64,000 bases of DNA from Octopus vulgaris (Eukaryota), in the NCBI GenBank assembly GCA_951406725.2, contig OX597814.1:162688001-162752000 (forward strand), read 5' to 3'. The notes beneath the pieces are model-generated. The model saw only the letters and a program-made list of their open reading frames with translations. It was not told where the DNA came from and made no database searches. Each line of letters begins with the position of its first letter. The first letter of the stretch is position 1. This document shows, one piece after another, positions 51,600 to 64,000 of the stretch. Position numbers and translations under genes: made by a program.

Positions 51600-53020
51600 A
51601 CAGCATAGCTGTAAGAATAAGGAATTTCTGTTTGACCGCCTCACCAAAACACAGAACAATTCATTTGACTTTTGCCTTCCAGTACTGTAGAACCTTTCCG
51701 CAATATGAAGATGATTTTGATATAACATCTCATGACATAAACATAATAGAATTGAAGAATTAAGAATATGTTTGAAGCGACCTTTGAGTCTCAGCTTTGC
51801 TGTAGAACACATCCACTTTATGAAGGTGACTTATATAACTTGAGAGAATTGACGATATTTGTTGTTCGAAACGAATCTCTAGCTCTCGCCATCGTACCTA
51901 AATTCATACCATTCTAAATTTCGACAAGCTTCAATGGAATTGATTTAAGAAAGATCTAGAAGATGAATTAGCTTAAAATTCTCTCGTGTAACTAAATATA
52001 TGTATGATAACAATGTAAGCTAAATGCATTAAATATGTCTCTGAGAAGAAGGCTAAAGTTCACAGACATATTATCAATAGGGACAAGAAAATTTTCAGGA
52101 GAAGAATAGCATGTCTGAAATCGATTAAATGGTGAAACCACTGGCAGAGAGAGAAAAAAAATGGCTTAAGAATATCACTCATAGATATTGAATATAAAAT
52201 AAAATACTTCTGCAAAAATGAAAGAGCAGAAAAAAAAAACACGAGAATAATAGAAAACATAAAAGCTAACCATAAAGTTTTCTGCAGATTTGCAAAAGAA
52301 ATGGCTTCAGTGCATTGCAAAATAAGATCATTGTCTGAAGGAAATGGCTCACTCGCAGAAGATTTTCAGAACGTAAGTGAAATACTAAATATGCAGCAGT
52401 GCTTTCAACACCATGCTGGTATACATGCAAACTGTTGATTCAAATAAGTTCTTCGTCTCTGTAACATTGTATAGAGAATTGGCAAACATCAATTACATAG
52501 GTATAAGAAGCATAAATATATCTGACTTCGATAAAATTAGTCTCAACTCAGCAACAGACCCTTTTAGTTTCTTGATAAACAATTCTTTTAAAAACATAGA
52601 TAAATCCAAACCATTTTAAATACCTTTTTATGTTTTCTTGGAAGTGTTATCTTGCATGAAACTTAATATAACCTTTATAAGAGATGAAACAGAGAAACAA
52701 CGTGTTAAAAATCACAGGCCTATCTCTTTAACTTGAACATCAGCAAGTTCATAGTACAAATTATCTGAGAGAAGATATCGATTAGGTTCATAGAGGAGAA
52801 TGACTTCCTGAGTGGCACTCAGCAGCGTTTCTACATAGGACCTGGCATTTACAGGTTATACAACATTATACGTAGGTATTGAAGCAACTGCCATACTGTA
52901 GGGTCAAAAGTAAAAAAGAAAAAAACCTCACTGATGTTGTATACATGGTCTTTATAATGGCTTCCAACAATATTTCGAGGAATGATGTGCTATAAATTGC
53001 ATCATCTTACTATTACTAAA
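51600..53020 (+). mobile_element. Old degenerate CR1-type LINE
   Basis: Colinear with 27300-28720 (IENIKANHKVFCRFAKE..VHCKI and AGGCCTATCTCTTTAAC = RPISLT). Confidence 0.7.
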
Positions 53021-53099
53021 AATCCCACCGATTCATCTTTGTACCACTGGCTAGTCTTATAAACACACGCACATACACGAGCGCTCGCACATATGTATG

Positions 53100-53162
<63 letters not shown>

Positions 53163-53165
<3 letters not shown>

Positions 53166-53336
53166 AATCCAAAGAGAAAATACAACAACGCGAGGACGTG
53201 GAGCAAGTATAGTATTATTGGACGCTCTGGAAAGAAGGAAAGAAGGAGGGTTTAACGTTTCGAGCGGAGCTCTTTGTCAGAAACATAGGAAAAGGAAATA
53301 TCCAAAGAAGGGAAGACGGAGGAAAAAAAATCGACA

Positions 53337-53340
<4 letters not shown>
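53163..53340 (-). mobile_element. (TA)n-embedded Penelope pLTR-like cassette with hammerhead motif at 53250-53284
   Basis: Minus strand GTTT-CTGACAA-A-GAGC-TCC-GCTC-GAAAC-GTT-AAAC. Sister copy at 59311-59514. Confidence 0.7.
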
Positions 53341-53402
<62 letters not shown>

Positions 53403-54609
53403 GTATATGTGTAGTGCATGTGTGCACGTATACAAATATATGTGTGCATGTTGTTCGTGTTCTGTGCACGTACTTTTGCATGAGTGAATATGTGTGCACG
53501 CACGCGTGTTTACGTGTATATGTGTGTGTGTGTATGTGATGTATAATTTTATTTTATATATTTTTTTCATTTTAGCTAAGATTAATTTTATTTCTTAAAT
53601 AATGGTTACATGCATCAAATTAGCAAATATCTTTTTAATAGACTAGTAGTATAAGAAGATATTTCAAACATACTTTGAGATAACTTATCTATACATAGTG
53701 TCCTCGAACGTTCAAAGATAGTTTCCATGACGTAAAAAATACATACTATTCATAGCTACTATTTATAGAAGAAAATAATAATATGTTATATAAATAAGTA
53801 TATATATAAGTATATGAAAACAGAATTGGCTTTTCTCCAACTACACAAATCGTAAGATCATATTGGTTAAAGATACACTAAATCAGAGACCACACTTCAG
53901 GAAAAGAATTCCGTTTCGCATTTTTTTCTATTCAATACACTTTTTTGATCCGATTTGTGCGACATTGAAATCTTTTTTCTTTTTTAATTTCCGAACTAAA
54001 AGCACATTCCTCTTCCTATTTGTCCTTAACTCGTAGCCAGACCATTCGAAATGATTTATTGGTGGGTGTCATATACAGAAATGAGTAGAAAGTGGATAAA
54101 TATAGCTAGCGTCTGGTCACTACGGATACATAAGTGTGATGATTCCAAAAAAGGACGAAATAGTGTTTACAATCGACAAGAAATTTGATCTTTATAATGC
54201 TTGGGAAAAATAAATATTAAGTATACGTATTTTGTACACTTTCTTTTTTTAACTTTTGGTTTAAATTTTAGATTTTCAAACCGTCTTTAACTTAGTCCAA
54301 AAGGGTTTGTTTCGCCTATAATAAGCTGACCACCGGCTGTACACCACGCATTTAATCTATAAGTAATAGTTATATGCTAACTACTTGGAGATTGTAGGTT
54401 CTTTCTAGCCCACTCAGATACCTGAGTACATGTGCACTGATTATTTTGTGTACCTCACTGATGTGGAAGACATGGGTGATATGAAAGCCGAAAGTAATCG
54501 GGGCAATGGGGTGATGGAGGATTAATACTCATGTGTGAGCAAATTTTTCTTATTTGTTTCTTGTGTTTTTACTTTATATGTTTCAACAACAACAACAACA
54601 ATAATAATA

Positions 54610-54932
54610 TGCAGTACCAGACAGTGGCTCTCGTGGCTTCTGATCTTAACTAATTGGAAGTGTTATCATTTACATTGTTTTGTCTTGGTATAAAAGACGG
54701 TCTACAACAAATATTCTGCCCAATACCACAGATTTGCTTGTCAGTTGTTTGACTTTAAACCAGTTGAGCATGTCCCTTAGTGGCTGACGAACATGTGCAT
54801 CTCTGATCACGAGCAGAAGTAGAAGAGGAATATCATAGTCATGTGTTGAGAGGAAATCTTTGGGATTTGGATAATTCACCTCTGGAAACATGGTTGTTTC
54901 GTTCAACATCCTTAAACAACCCTCATTCAGGA
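54610..54932 (+). mobile_element. Family B repeat
   Basis: Near-identical to 18401-18722. Confidence 0.88.
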
Positions 54933-56357
54933 TAAAAGATACATGATAAATAATTCTTAAGTTTGTTTATGATGTTACCGAAAAATTAAATCTCTTCTTC
55001 TCAAGTTGCACAAACAAGCCCCCATATTTTTTTCTTTGCTTTTCGTGAAATAGACATTTCCCTCCATATTGTCTACAACTAGACTTTTTTAATTCTAGTG
55101 TTTATATTTAATTATAAGCCATACTAATTTTACATCATCTTTTATATTTTAGTAAGAAGTAAAGTTTAGCCATAAATGCAGTTTTCTTTCTTTTGATCAG
55201 GCGGTAAATTAGCGAGTGTTTACGTCAACATGAACTAATGCAAGGTATACTTAACATATCATTTAAAATGATTTTTAGTTGATAATCATCCAACAGAATT
55301 GTTACCAATGGTTACGAATTTGGAATTATCATAAACAGAACTGGATTGGTCACTTCATTAGTTGTTGCACCGATCTAAGTTTTGCCATAGCAATTTGCTG
55401 ACAAATTGCTTCTATTCCATCAATTACTGTAAAGTAGTGATGTGACAGAAATATCAGATACGGTCGTTGCAAGATAAAATAATTAACATCAAGAGAACAA
55501 TCAAGTCAGATCACAGTCCATAGGACGACAAAATGATGTCGTCATACTATAGAAATAAATATATACAAAATTATGTTGAATATGATATATTGCCAATATA
55601 TGCTGAGATTTGTCAGAAGATATAAAGTGGTAAAAATATCGTTGTTAGCAATGAATATGCATATAAAGTACTGATATTGGGAAATGATTCGGTCCCAACA
55701 AATGAAATGTTTATCTATTATAATCGCTAATTTAAGATGTTTTCCTGTTAGTAAGTACCAACAGTAGGTGCTCAAGGATGTAGAGGTTAATAAAAATTTG
55801 CAATTTAGTTTACAAAACAACAGATATTTTGAGTGCTGAGTGTTGTCATGCTCTTAAACGCTACTTTCCTCCGCCTTTCCAATTTATTAATACAGACCAA
55901 AACTAACTTAGCTCTATTAATATACAAGGCTGTTTTGTTAACAGATTTACAGCATTGCTCAATATACAAAATATATCCACAGAACATTAACCAGTATAGG
56001 GCAATGGATATACTACTGAGAATCCTTGATAAAAATTGATGAACTGAAAGTGTTGCGAATTTCGGATTTTTTCGGATACGATGCATATTTATATTTGCTT
56101 CTGTAAAATGGAACCCAGCTTCGGGGATGGAACCCAGATCTAAAAACAATATTTGTTTACATTTCATAGTATAACTTATACATATGCCCTGAATATAGTT
56201 TTAAACAAATTTATAACAATTTTTTATACATAATGCCTTCAGAAAGGCTTACACATATGATGTCACGTTTTGATTAAATGTTTACGGTACATGCGTTTAC
56301 ATTTTACTTTTTACTATATAGTTGTAGTATGTATATATCTCTTACTTTTTTTTAATC

Positions 56358-56672
56358 TTTTACTTGTTTTAGTCATTGAAGAGTTTTTTTAGTCGAACGA
56401 ATCGACCCCAGTACTTATTTTTTAAACCTCGTACTTATTCTATCAGTCTTTTTTGCCGAACCACAAGATACGAGAACGTAAACATACCAATACAGGTTGT
56501 CAAATATATATATACATACATACACGACGGGCTTCTTTCCCTTTCCGTCTACCAAACCCACTCACCCGATGCTATAGAAGAAAATACTTGCCGAAGGTGC
56601 CACGCAGTGGGACTGAACCCGGGACCGTGTGGTTGGGAAGCAAGACTCTTACCACGCAGCGACGTCTCTGCC
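56358..56672 (-). mobile_element. SINE family D
   Basis: GGTGCCACGCAGTGGGACTGAACCCGG, as in 49640-49670. Confidence 0.85.
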
Positions 56673-56793
56673 TATACAAGAATAAGACTTTTGTATTTGG
56701 GTGTTTTCGGATAATGCATTTTCAATACATATGAAACATCCGTTTGTATGATGGATGTGTAAAGGAACCATGACTATCTGGTGGAGAAATTTA

Positions 56794-57313
56794 GGATCTT
56801 TACCTTTTGACCGACGGATTTAAAAAATGATTTTTTGCAACTAAACACTTTCAAACTTCGGTCACTGGTAGAATGTGTCATATAAAACATCTTTTACTCT
56901 TAACGTTTTTGAGAAAAGCTTATATTTAGGAAGTTATTTCACGTTAAAGTTCTCGTATTTCGGTAATTTCAACCAATCAATGACGTGTATTCAGCTGAAT
57001 AAAATTACTGCTGTTGTTTTTTCAACAAGAACTTCCGGTGGTGTATATTCCGTTTGTCACTGTTATTTATGACAACCCTAACACTAAAACCCTAACCCTA
57101 ACCCTAAAACCCTAACCCTAACCCTAAAACGCTAACCCTAACCCTAAAACACTAACCCTAAAACCTTAAAGCTAAAACCAGTACAAACGCACGAACGGTG
57201 TCATAAAGAGTAAAAGATATTTTATATGACACATTCCACCAGTGTCCAAAGTTTGAAAGTGTTTAGTTACAAAAAATTATTTTTTAAATCTGTCGGTCAA
57301 AAGGTAAAGATCC
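56794..57313. mobile_element. Second copy of the telomere-repeat foldback MITE (opposite orientation, right arm partly deleted)
   Basis: GGATCTTTACCTTTTGACCGAC...GTCGGTCAAAAGGTAAAGATCC. TSD GAAATTTA at 56786-56793 and 57314-57321. (CCCTAA)n at ~57075-57180. Confidence 0.92.
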
Positions 57314-58494
57314 GAAATTTACTTCACAATGACGAGATCCGATTCCACTGTGACTAGATCCCATTCCACCAGACGGATGAGACTAGGGAAATTAAAGTAT
57401 ATCCGTCGGTTTCGACAATGTGTATTTAATTGTTCAACCAACTCCACTGCTAGCAATTTGAATTAACGTTTAAGTAGCTGAATATTTCACAAACATGTAT
57501 ATCCATAAAGAAATTCATAGGCTAAATCAGCGTAATACATTGTTTAACAAAGATGGAGCTTTGAATTACTGAAACAACCTTTGGTTCCACTTTAGCGTGG
57601 TGCATACCAGATCATTTACACTTCAGCGTGCAGTCTAATCCTAAAACTCTAAACCAGATCAGGTCATTTCACTGCGTAGACTACAAATACTATTGTAGAC
57701 CACACGCTAAAGTAGCATCCAGTCTTCATAATGATCGTCTACCCGGTTTCACTGACAAGGCTTCAGTCGATACGAGGCTATAGTAAAAGTTACTTCCTCA
57801 AGATGTCACGCTGTTATGTTGCGTTTATACAGCCATCATACGACGGACTGGTACTGTCTTTGATATATCAATGTCTCCACTGTTCTATACTAATTATTCT
57901 GTGGATATATTTTACATAATAATCAATACACTAAACCTGTCAACATAAAACATATGCAAGTTAACGTTTTACTTCTTACATACCATTTAATCACGAGAAA
58001 ATGATAGTATCCTTTTAATAAAAAAGACTAACATTATTTTAAATGACTTGTCTTGAATTTCATTACTTTACATAACAAAACACAACCTGTTAGGAAACAG
58101 TAATGTCCTGAGTTTAAATGGAAAATCTTATTGAATCAAGGAACTCTTGTGTAAATATCTCCTTCAGATAAGTTAAAATTGGTGGAAAGTTGTCATATAA
58201 CAGTTTTAAGCATTATTACTATATTAACCTTGTTTATAACCTATATAATATTTATTTATAATACCGAAATGTAGTGTATCTTCTTAATCAGGTTAAACTC
58301 AGAAATTGTTTTCGGTTCCGCAAGTTTTGAACTGAAATTTGAGAAACCTACAATCCAATGGGTGAAGGTGGCTTCTACAAAGGTACTAGATCTGTTAGAT
58401 CTAGCAACCACGTCCCTCTCAAGTTACAGTCAGACATCTTTACTAAAGGAAAAGAAAGTATGGGGCTCACGAATGAAAATATATTTATCTAAAA

Positions 58495-58530
<36 letters not shown>

Positions 58531-58635
58531 GTGAAGGGAAGAAATGGAGCCGAACGACAGGTATCGGTTAAATTTTGAATAATCCGTAACAAGATAATTC
58601 ATTTATCCATTTCATTAAATATATATATATATCGC

Positions 58636-58997
58636 GGCACTCCGTCGTTTACGACGACGAAGGTTCTAGTTGATCCGATCAACGGAACAGCCTGCTCGTG
58701 AAATTAACGTGCAAGTGGCTTAGCACTCTACAGACACGTGTACCCTTAACGTAGTTCTCGAGGAGATTCAGCGTGACACAGTATGACAAGACTGGCCTTT
58801 TGAAATACAAGTACAACAGAAACAAGAAGAAAGAGTGAAAGTTGTGTTGAAAGAATACAGTAGGGTTCGTCACCATCCATTGCCGGAGCCGCGTGGAGCT
58901 TTAGGTGTTTTTGCTCAATAAACACTTACAACGTGCGGTCTGGGAATCGAAATCGCGTTCCTATGACCGCGAGTCCACTGCCCTAACCAATGCGCCT
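58636..58997 (-). mobile_element. SINE family C
   Basis: Reverse complement of 22172-22545. Confidence 0.88.
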
Positions 58998-59310
58998 ATA
59001 TATATAATACAGACATGTAAATACTTTATCATTTATTATAAAATGTAATAAAATAAATTATCTATACATGTTTATTTAGCTGCGAAACAATTGTTGTTAA
59101 ATATGATTATCCAATGGTATAATAAATTCTATCATAGTAGATGTCTCACTTCATTTATAATTTTATACACTCCTTTCTTTTCTATTTTTTTTTTGTATCG
59201 TACTATATATTCTATGTGATTCATAGATTGATACATTAAGGAGCATTTTTATGAGTATCACCGGATTAGTTGAATCCATATATTGTAACTTAAACTCATA
59301 TATATATATA

Positions 59311-59514
59311 GTTAATCCAAACATGAAAACACAAAGAGAAAACACAACAACGCGAGGACGTGAACAAGTATAGTGTTATTGGACGCTTAGGAAAGGAAAG
59401 AAAGAAGGAGGATTTAACGTTTCGAGCGGAGCTCTTCGTCGGAAACATAGAAAAAGGAAAGATCCAAGGAAGGGAAGACGAAGGAAAAAAATTGCCAACG
59501 ATACACACGCGGTC
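59311..59514 (-). mobile_element. (TA)n-adjacent Penelope pLTR-like cassette with hammerhead motif at 59412-59446
   Basis: Minus strand GTTT-CCGACGA-A-GAGC-TCC-GCTC-GAAAC-GTT-AAAT. Sister of 53163-53340. Confidence 0.7.
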
Positions 59515-60944
59515 TCAAATAGCTTAGATTTTATTAAAATGATTATTCTATTTATTAAAATGATTATTCATAAGAAATAGTCCAATGCTTGCTGTATGAT
59601 AGAATATATTATTCCTTATCAACAATGACTCTCCTTCCACTTTAACTGATATGTGAAATTCATTTAGTATAGTGAGTCGATGTAGAAACAGTAGTGATAG
59701 AATTGCACAGCAAAGACCAACCAGGACTGCTATAGATTTACTATCCATAATTACCAATGTTTATGGTGTAATCGAAGGAGAAAATGTGCCCACGTCCAAA
59801 CAAAGGCTACCTGATTGACAAGGAATGGTATGAAGTCACCAAGTGGTCCACAGATGCGTAATACCCACACCCTCTCTCTCTCTCTCCATCTATCTATATC
59901 TTCTACTGGTTCTATAGTGACTGCTGCTCTTTGGGTCTGGCTGGACTAGTGTCATCCTACCGATTTGCTCGACTTTCCACCTCTCAACTCTCCGGCAGAG
60001 TTTCTCCACTGCCACATTCTGTAATAACCACTATGCTTTTCTTCTGGAGTTCCTTCAATGCACAAACATTCCTTGCAGATTATCGACTTGCAACTGCTCA
60101 AACGAAACCACAATTACCTCGATCTCGGAGGCTCTCTGAAACCCAAGTTAAATCTATAGGTATAATTACTTGCTCTACATCATAAACAAATAAATAAATG
60201 CAAAAAAAAAAATATATATATAAAGACACCAGCAGAAAATACGTGATGATTGGTAAGAAATTTGTGGTTTTTAGGGTGGATTCTAACCGACCTTTCTAAA
60301 TACCAGATTTGTTTCGCTATCACTGAACTACTGTAATATTATATTAACGATACAAAAATCAATCGATACACCAAGAATAAATTCGGAAAATCGAGATGTA
60401 ATGTTGCGAAATTTCTTTGAAGATTGAATGAAGTAGATATCTAATTCGAATTTGGTTCCTGGTTGCTTCAGGAAAAGATTAGTTTACCTTCGTCGCTCTC
60501 GAACTGCCAAAGCAAATAATTTCTACTTTCCTTTTTTCATTTGACTATAATCATAAATGTTACTATTGATGGTATATTTATAAAATTCATAAACACGTTG
60601 CAGTTTTGAAATAAAAGAAAGTCTCGAGTCGGAAATATAATAAATATGTAAAAACTCCAAAAGAAAATTGGTTAAGTATAAATGAATAAAAAAAATCTAC
60701 GTCATATTATATTTGCAATATCCTTCAAAATACACATACAGAGACACACACACGGACACCCACACATATATACACACACGCACATACATACATACATACA
60801 TACATACATACATACATACATACATACATACATACATACATACACACACATACATACATACATATATACACACACACACATACATACATACATACATACA
60901 TACATACATACATACATACATACATACATACATACATACATACA

Positions 60945-60975
<31 letters not shown>

Positions 60976-60981
60976 TTATTC

Positions 60982-61106
60982 TTATTTCTCGAAACCATGG
61001 CTTTACTTCGTCGTTACTCTAAATTTCCAGTTTCCGCTCTTCAGCGTGAAGATCGGAAACAGGAAGCTTTAAAGTAGCGACGGAGTAAAGCCTCAGTTTC
61101 GAATAA
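60982..61106 (+). other. ~125-nt hairpin cassette between (TACA)n/(TATG)n arrays
   Basis: TCGAAAC..GGCTTTACTTCGTCGTTACT..GTTTCCG..TCTTCA-GCG-TGAAGA..CGGAAAC..AGTAGCGACGGAGTAAAGCC..GTTTCGA. Confidence 0.85.
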
Positions 61107-61199
61107 ATAGCTGAACACTACTATAAAAATTGAGTACATTTCTATTGTGTACGCGCGCACTTGTGTATGTATGTATGTATGTATGTATATGTATACATG

Positions 61200-61277
<78 letters not shown>

Positions 61278-61355
61278 CACACACACAGGTATATTGAATC
61301 AAACAGGAAAAAAAAGAACTCAGAATATGTATATTTTTATTAATATTTAGCAAAA

Positions 61356-61441
61356 GTAACAGAATGACTCAAGGTCCGAGAGTCTCATGCGTTGGTACTT
61401 ATCAACGCGCGAAACACTCGGACCTTTAGTCACAATGTTAC
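61356..61441. other. ~85-nt hairpin cassette next to (TA)n
   Basis: GTAACA..TGACT-C-AAGGTCCGAG..GCGTTGGTA pairs with TATCAACGC..CTCGGACCTT-T-AGTCA..TGTTAC. Confidence 0.8.
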
Positions 61442-61499
61442 TTCTGCTATACACATAAATATATGTATATATATATATATATATATATAAATTAAATAT

Positions 61500-61845
61500 A
61501 AAATATAAAATATAAATTACAAAGTGGGACAAGAACGCAAAAACACACAAGGAGACGACAAAAAAAACAGACGGGTCACTCGAAGCCTCTAATCTTCAGT
61601 CGGGAACCGGATCATCTTAGTAATTTCGGCTGTTTAATCTCGATATTACTCCGACCCGGCCAGCCCCAAGGAAAATCCAAGCCACAGGCATTGGATTTCT
61701 TGGAAAGAGGGTCGAATGTATACGGAACAAAGACAGGATGCCACACGAATATAAAATACAAGAAACAAAAATATATATAAAAAACAGAAATAAAAAACAC
61801 GAAGGTGGACAGTACAAGGACAGGAGCGTCTTACAACTTTAGACA
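61500..61845. mobile_element. Second copy of the 48765-49235 cassette
   Basis: Direct sequence similarity, with TA flanks. Confidence 0.65.
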
Positions 61846-61855
61846 ATTTTTAACT

Positions 61856-61996
<141 letters not shown>

Positions 61997-62599
61997 TGTG
62001 TGCAATGGTACTAAAAGAACACTCGACACATACCTTAGGGAATTTAAGTATGTATATAAACAGTTTAATATAGGTTTATATTATTAACAGTTTCACAAAT
62101 GTAGAAAGGCATGTCTGATCGATTGGACGGGGTAACACTAAGCCGTAAGATGGCTTCGGCTTCAGAATAAGCCTGGTTATCACTGAATAATAAGGAATGC
62201 TGGATTATTTTTAGGTAATTTTGAAATCAGCACTTCGATGACTATTTGGTGTTACAGCGCTAGTCTGGTTAGTATATCAATATTTCGTGTTAAAATATGA
62301 ATATGCTGTTAAATAACAACACTGAATGAATGCCTGATAGGTGTACTGCACCTGATAGGTGAAGTAAACCGATAAAGACACAGGTGTAACTGCTTCTTTA
62401 GAGACTTGACTAGAAAAAGATGGCCAGCTTGATAAGGTTGAAGCTGATTACATTTTTATATAGAAAGGAAAATTGAAAGAAGAGCACTGACAGAGATGTT
62501 GATTGCAATCCGTTTTGAAGTGTTCATATAATTGCAACTTCCTACTGTCATAAACGAATGATTGAACAACCAATGATTGCATCTGCGCTGAAGGTGGGC

Positions 62600-63950
62600 G
62601 ATATGGTTTTCTGATAAGTACCTATGCTCCTACTCTGTTCAATTCTGATGAAGACAAAGATACATTCTACACCCAACATAGGGGAATACTCGGCAAAATC
62701 TTCAACACTACAATGACAAGCTTGGAGTGCAGTGGTAGAAATAGGACTCCCTGGGTATTTAGATGCGGGAGGGTTGAATAGCTTTCATCTCATGCTTCTA
62801 GAACCCTGTAAAGAATATGACCTATTTATTGCCAGCACTCACGTTATGCACAAAGGCGGTCATACAATAAAATGTATACATTCAAAGTCTAATGCTTGGC
62901 ACTTGCTTTGGATACATGTAATCTAGAAGCTCATTGGTGACTCAGTATTGAACGGACTATTGTTTAGTACATACAAGGTTCAGGATGCTAATTAAGGTGA
63001 GAGAAAGAAGAGGACCAGCTCAGATATTTAATCACGCTGTGAGTAAGGATCTTGAAAAATGTTTACCCAGTATGGAAAATATGACATTCACAGATTTTCG
63101 AGACCAGATTTTTATATAGAAAGAGAAAGTGAAGGCTAGTCATTGGGATTAGTCTGATGAGCATGAAATGATTCAAAAAGTTTTGTTTACAACGCATGAT
63201 GTTCATAATGTATTAAATCTACAGCGAGCTATTGACATAGTAGTTGAATGTAGCTATAAAATCTGAACTGCAGTAGGCACACTGGCAGATACAGAACATG
63301 TGATGGGAGAGACTTCTTCATAGCATTCAAGCGGCCAATGATTGCCTGGGCCTTAAGTTCAGCATCAGGTTAGACTTAGGGTCATAAAAGTTTAGCACTG
63401 GATTTGTTGCTCTCTAAGTTTGCTCTCTTTTATTCATTAAATGAACAAAGATCGTAGTTTGTTGGGTTGGTCGCTTTTCTGAATGATTAAACCGTCAGTC
63501 TGTTGTGGATAAGAGAATTATTGATGCCATTGAAGAAAATCTGTCACCATCTTCTTCAACAATGTCCCTTCACTAGACGAAATAGCAAAGACAATAAGTA
63601 AATCGAGTCTTGCGAAGGATTCTGATATAGATGGGATCTACTCTGAGGTCCTACGTTTCGGTGGTGAAAATCCTCACAAGTTGTATAGTCTAATGAGACG
63701 GAATTGTTCCCAGGGACTAAAGAAACGCAATTATGCTTCCTGTTTATAAAGGGAAGGGTGTTAGAATAAAATGTAGAAAACATAACATTGTTGGTCTGTT
63801 GTCATCTGCTGGTAGAGTTCTGGCAAATATTTTTACTCGCCTGCATAAATCCTTTGTAAATTCTGTCCTTGAACCTCACTGGATTTCTGTTTTGACAGAT
63901 ATGGAAATGATTTCTACATTCTTGTTCTCTATTCAGTTGCTGCCAATGCA
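62600..63950 (+). pseudogene. Degenerate RTE-type LINE ORF (endonuclease to RT N-terminus)
   Basis: STYAPTL..DEDKDTFY, HSKSNAWHL, and PVYKGKG.R..C....GLLSSAGRVLA.I..RL. Confidence 0.7.
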
Positions 63951-64000
63951 GAATTCTACCAATTGCTTAATCGTGATCTAAATGCAGATAACTACAACTT

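Noticed and set aside
57589-57713. Small inverted repeat ACTTTAGCGTG...CACGCTAAAGT
   Set aside because: Only ~11-bp arms, single copy here and no TSD, so it cannot be supported as an element.
59548-59757. ORF with a signal-peptide-like N-terminus
   Set aside because: It is short and unsupported, and loosely resembles a decayed LINE RT segment.
61356-61441. SECIS element interpretation of the hairpins
   Set aside because: There is no AUGA/GA non-Watson-Crick quartet with apical AA in the correct geometry.

Overview
Eukaryotic, AT-rich, repeat-dominated DNA. The tRNA-derived SINE families and very long (TA)n/(CA)n/(TACA)n arrays suggest an octopod cephalopod (inference). I see no intact host protein-coding gene, and nearly all long ORFs in the track are microsatellite translations. 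Mobile-element content: dozens of SINEs from at least four families; five CR1-type LINE copies (one 2.6 kb); remnants of R4/Dong, Tx1/L1, RTE and Penelope (GIY-YIG) retroelements; a Gypsy-like LTR with gag remnant; Helitrons; mariner- and piggyBac-type MITEs; and two copies of a foldback MITE with 8-bp TSDs carrying telomere-like (TTAGGG)n. The most interesting signal is a set of short non-coding cassettes embedded in (TA)n arrays. One is a 362-bp tandem unit arranged as a ~1-kb palindrome (24991-26002), where each arm carries a complete minimal type I hammerhead ribozyme with a compensatory U3-A8 core (retrozyme-like). A second cassette family and a SINE also carry hammerhead motifs. Several other cassettes fold into long hairpins sharing a GTTTC/GAAAC stem, some with strand-biased G-U pairing. 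All calls were made by eye, and the coordinates of degenerate remnants are approximate.
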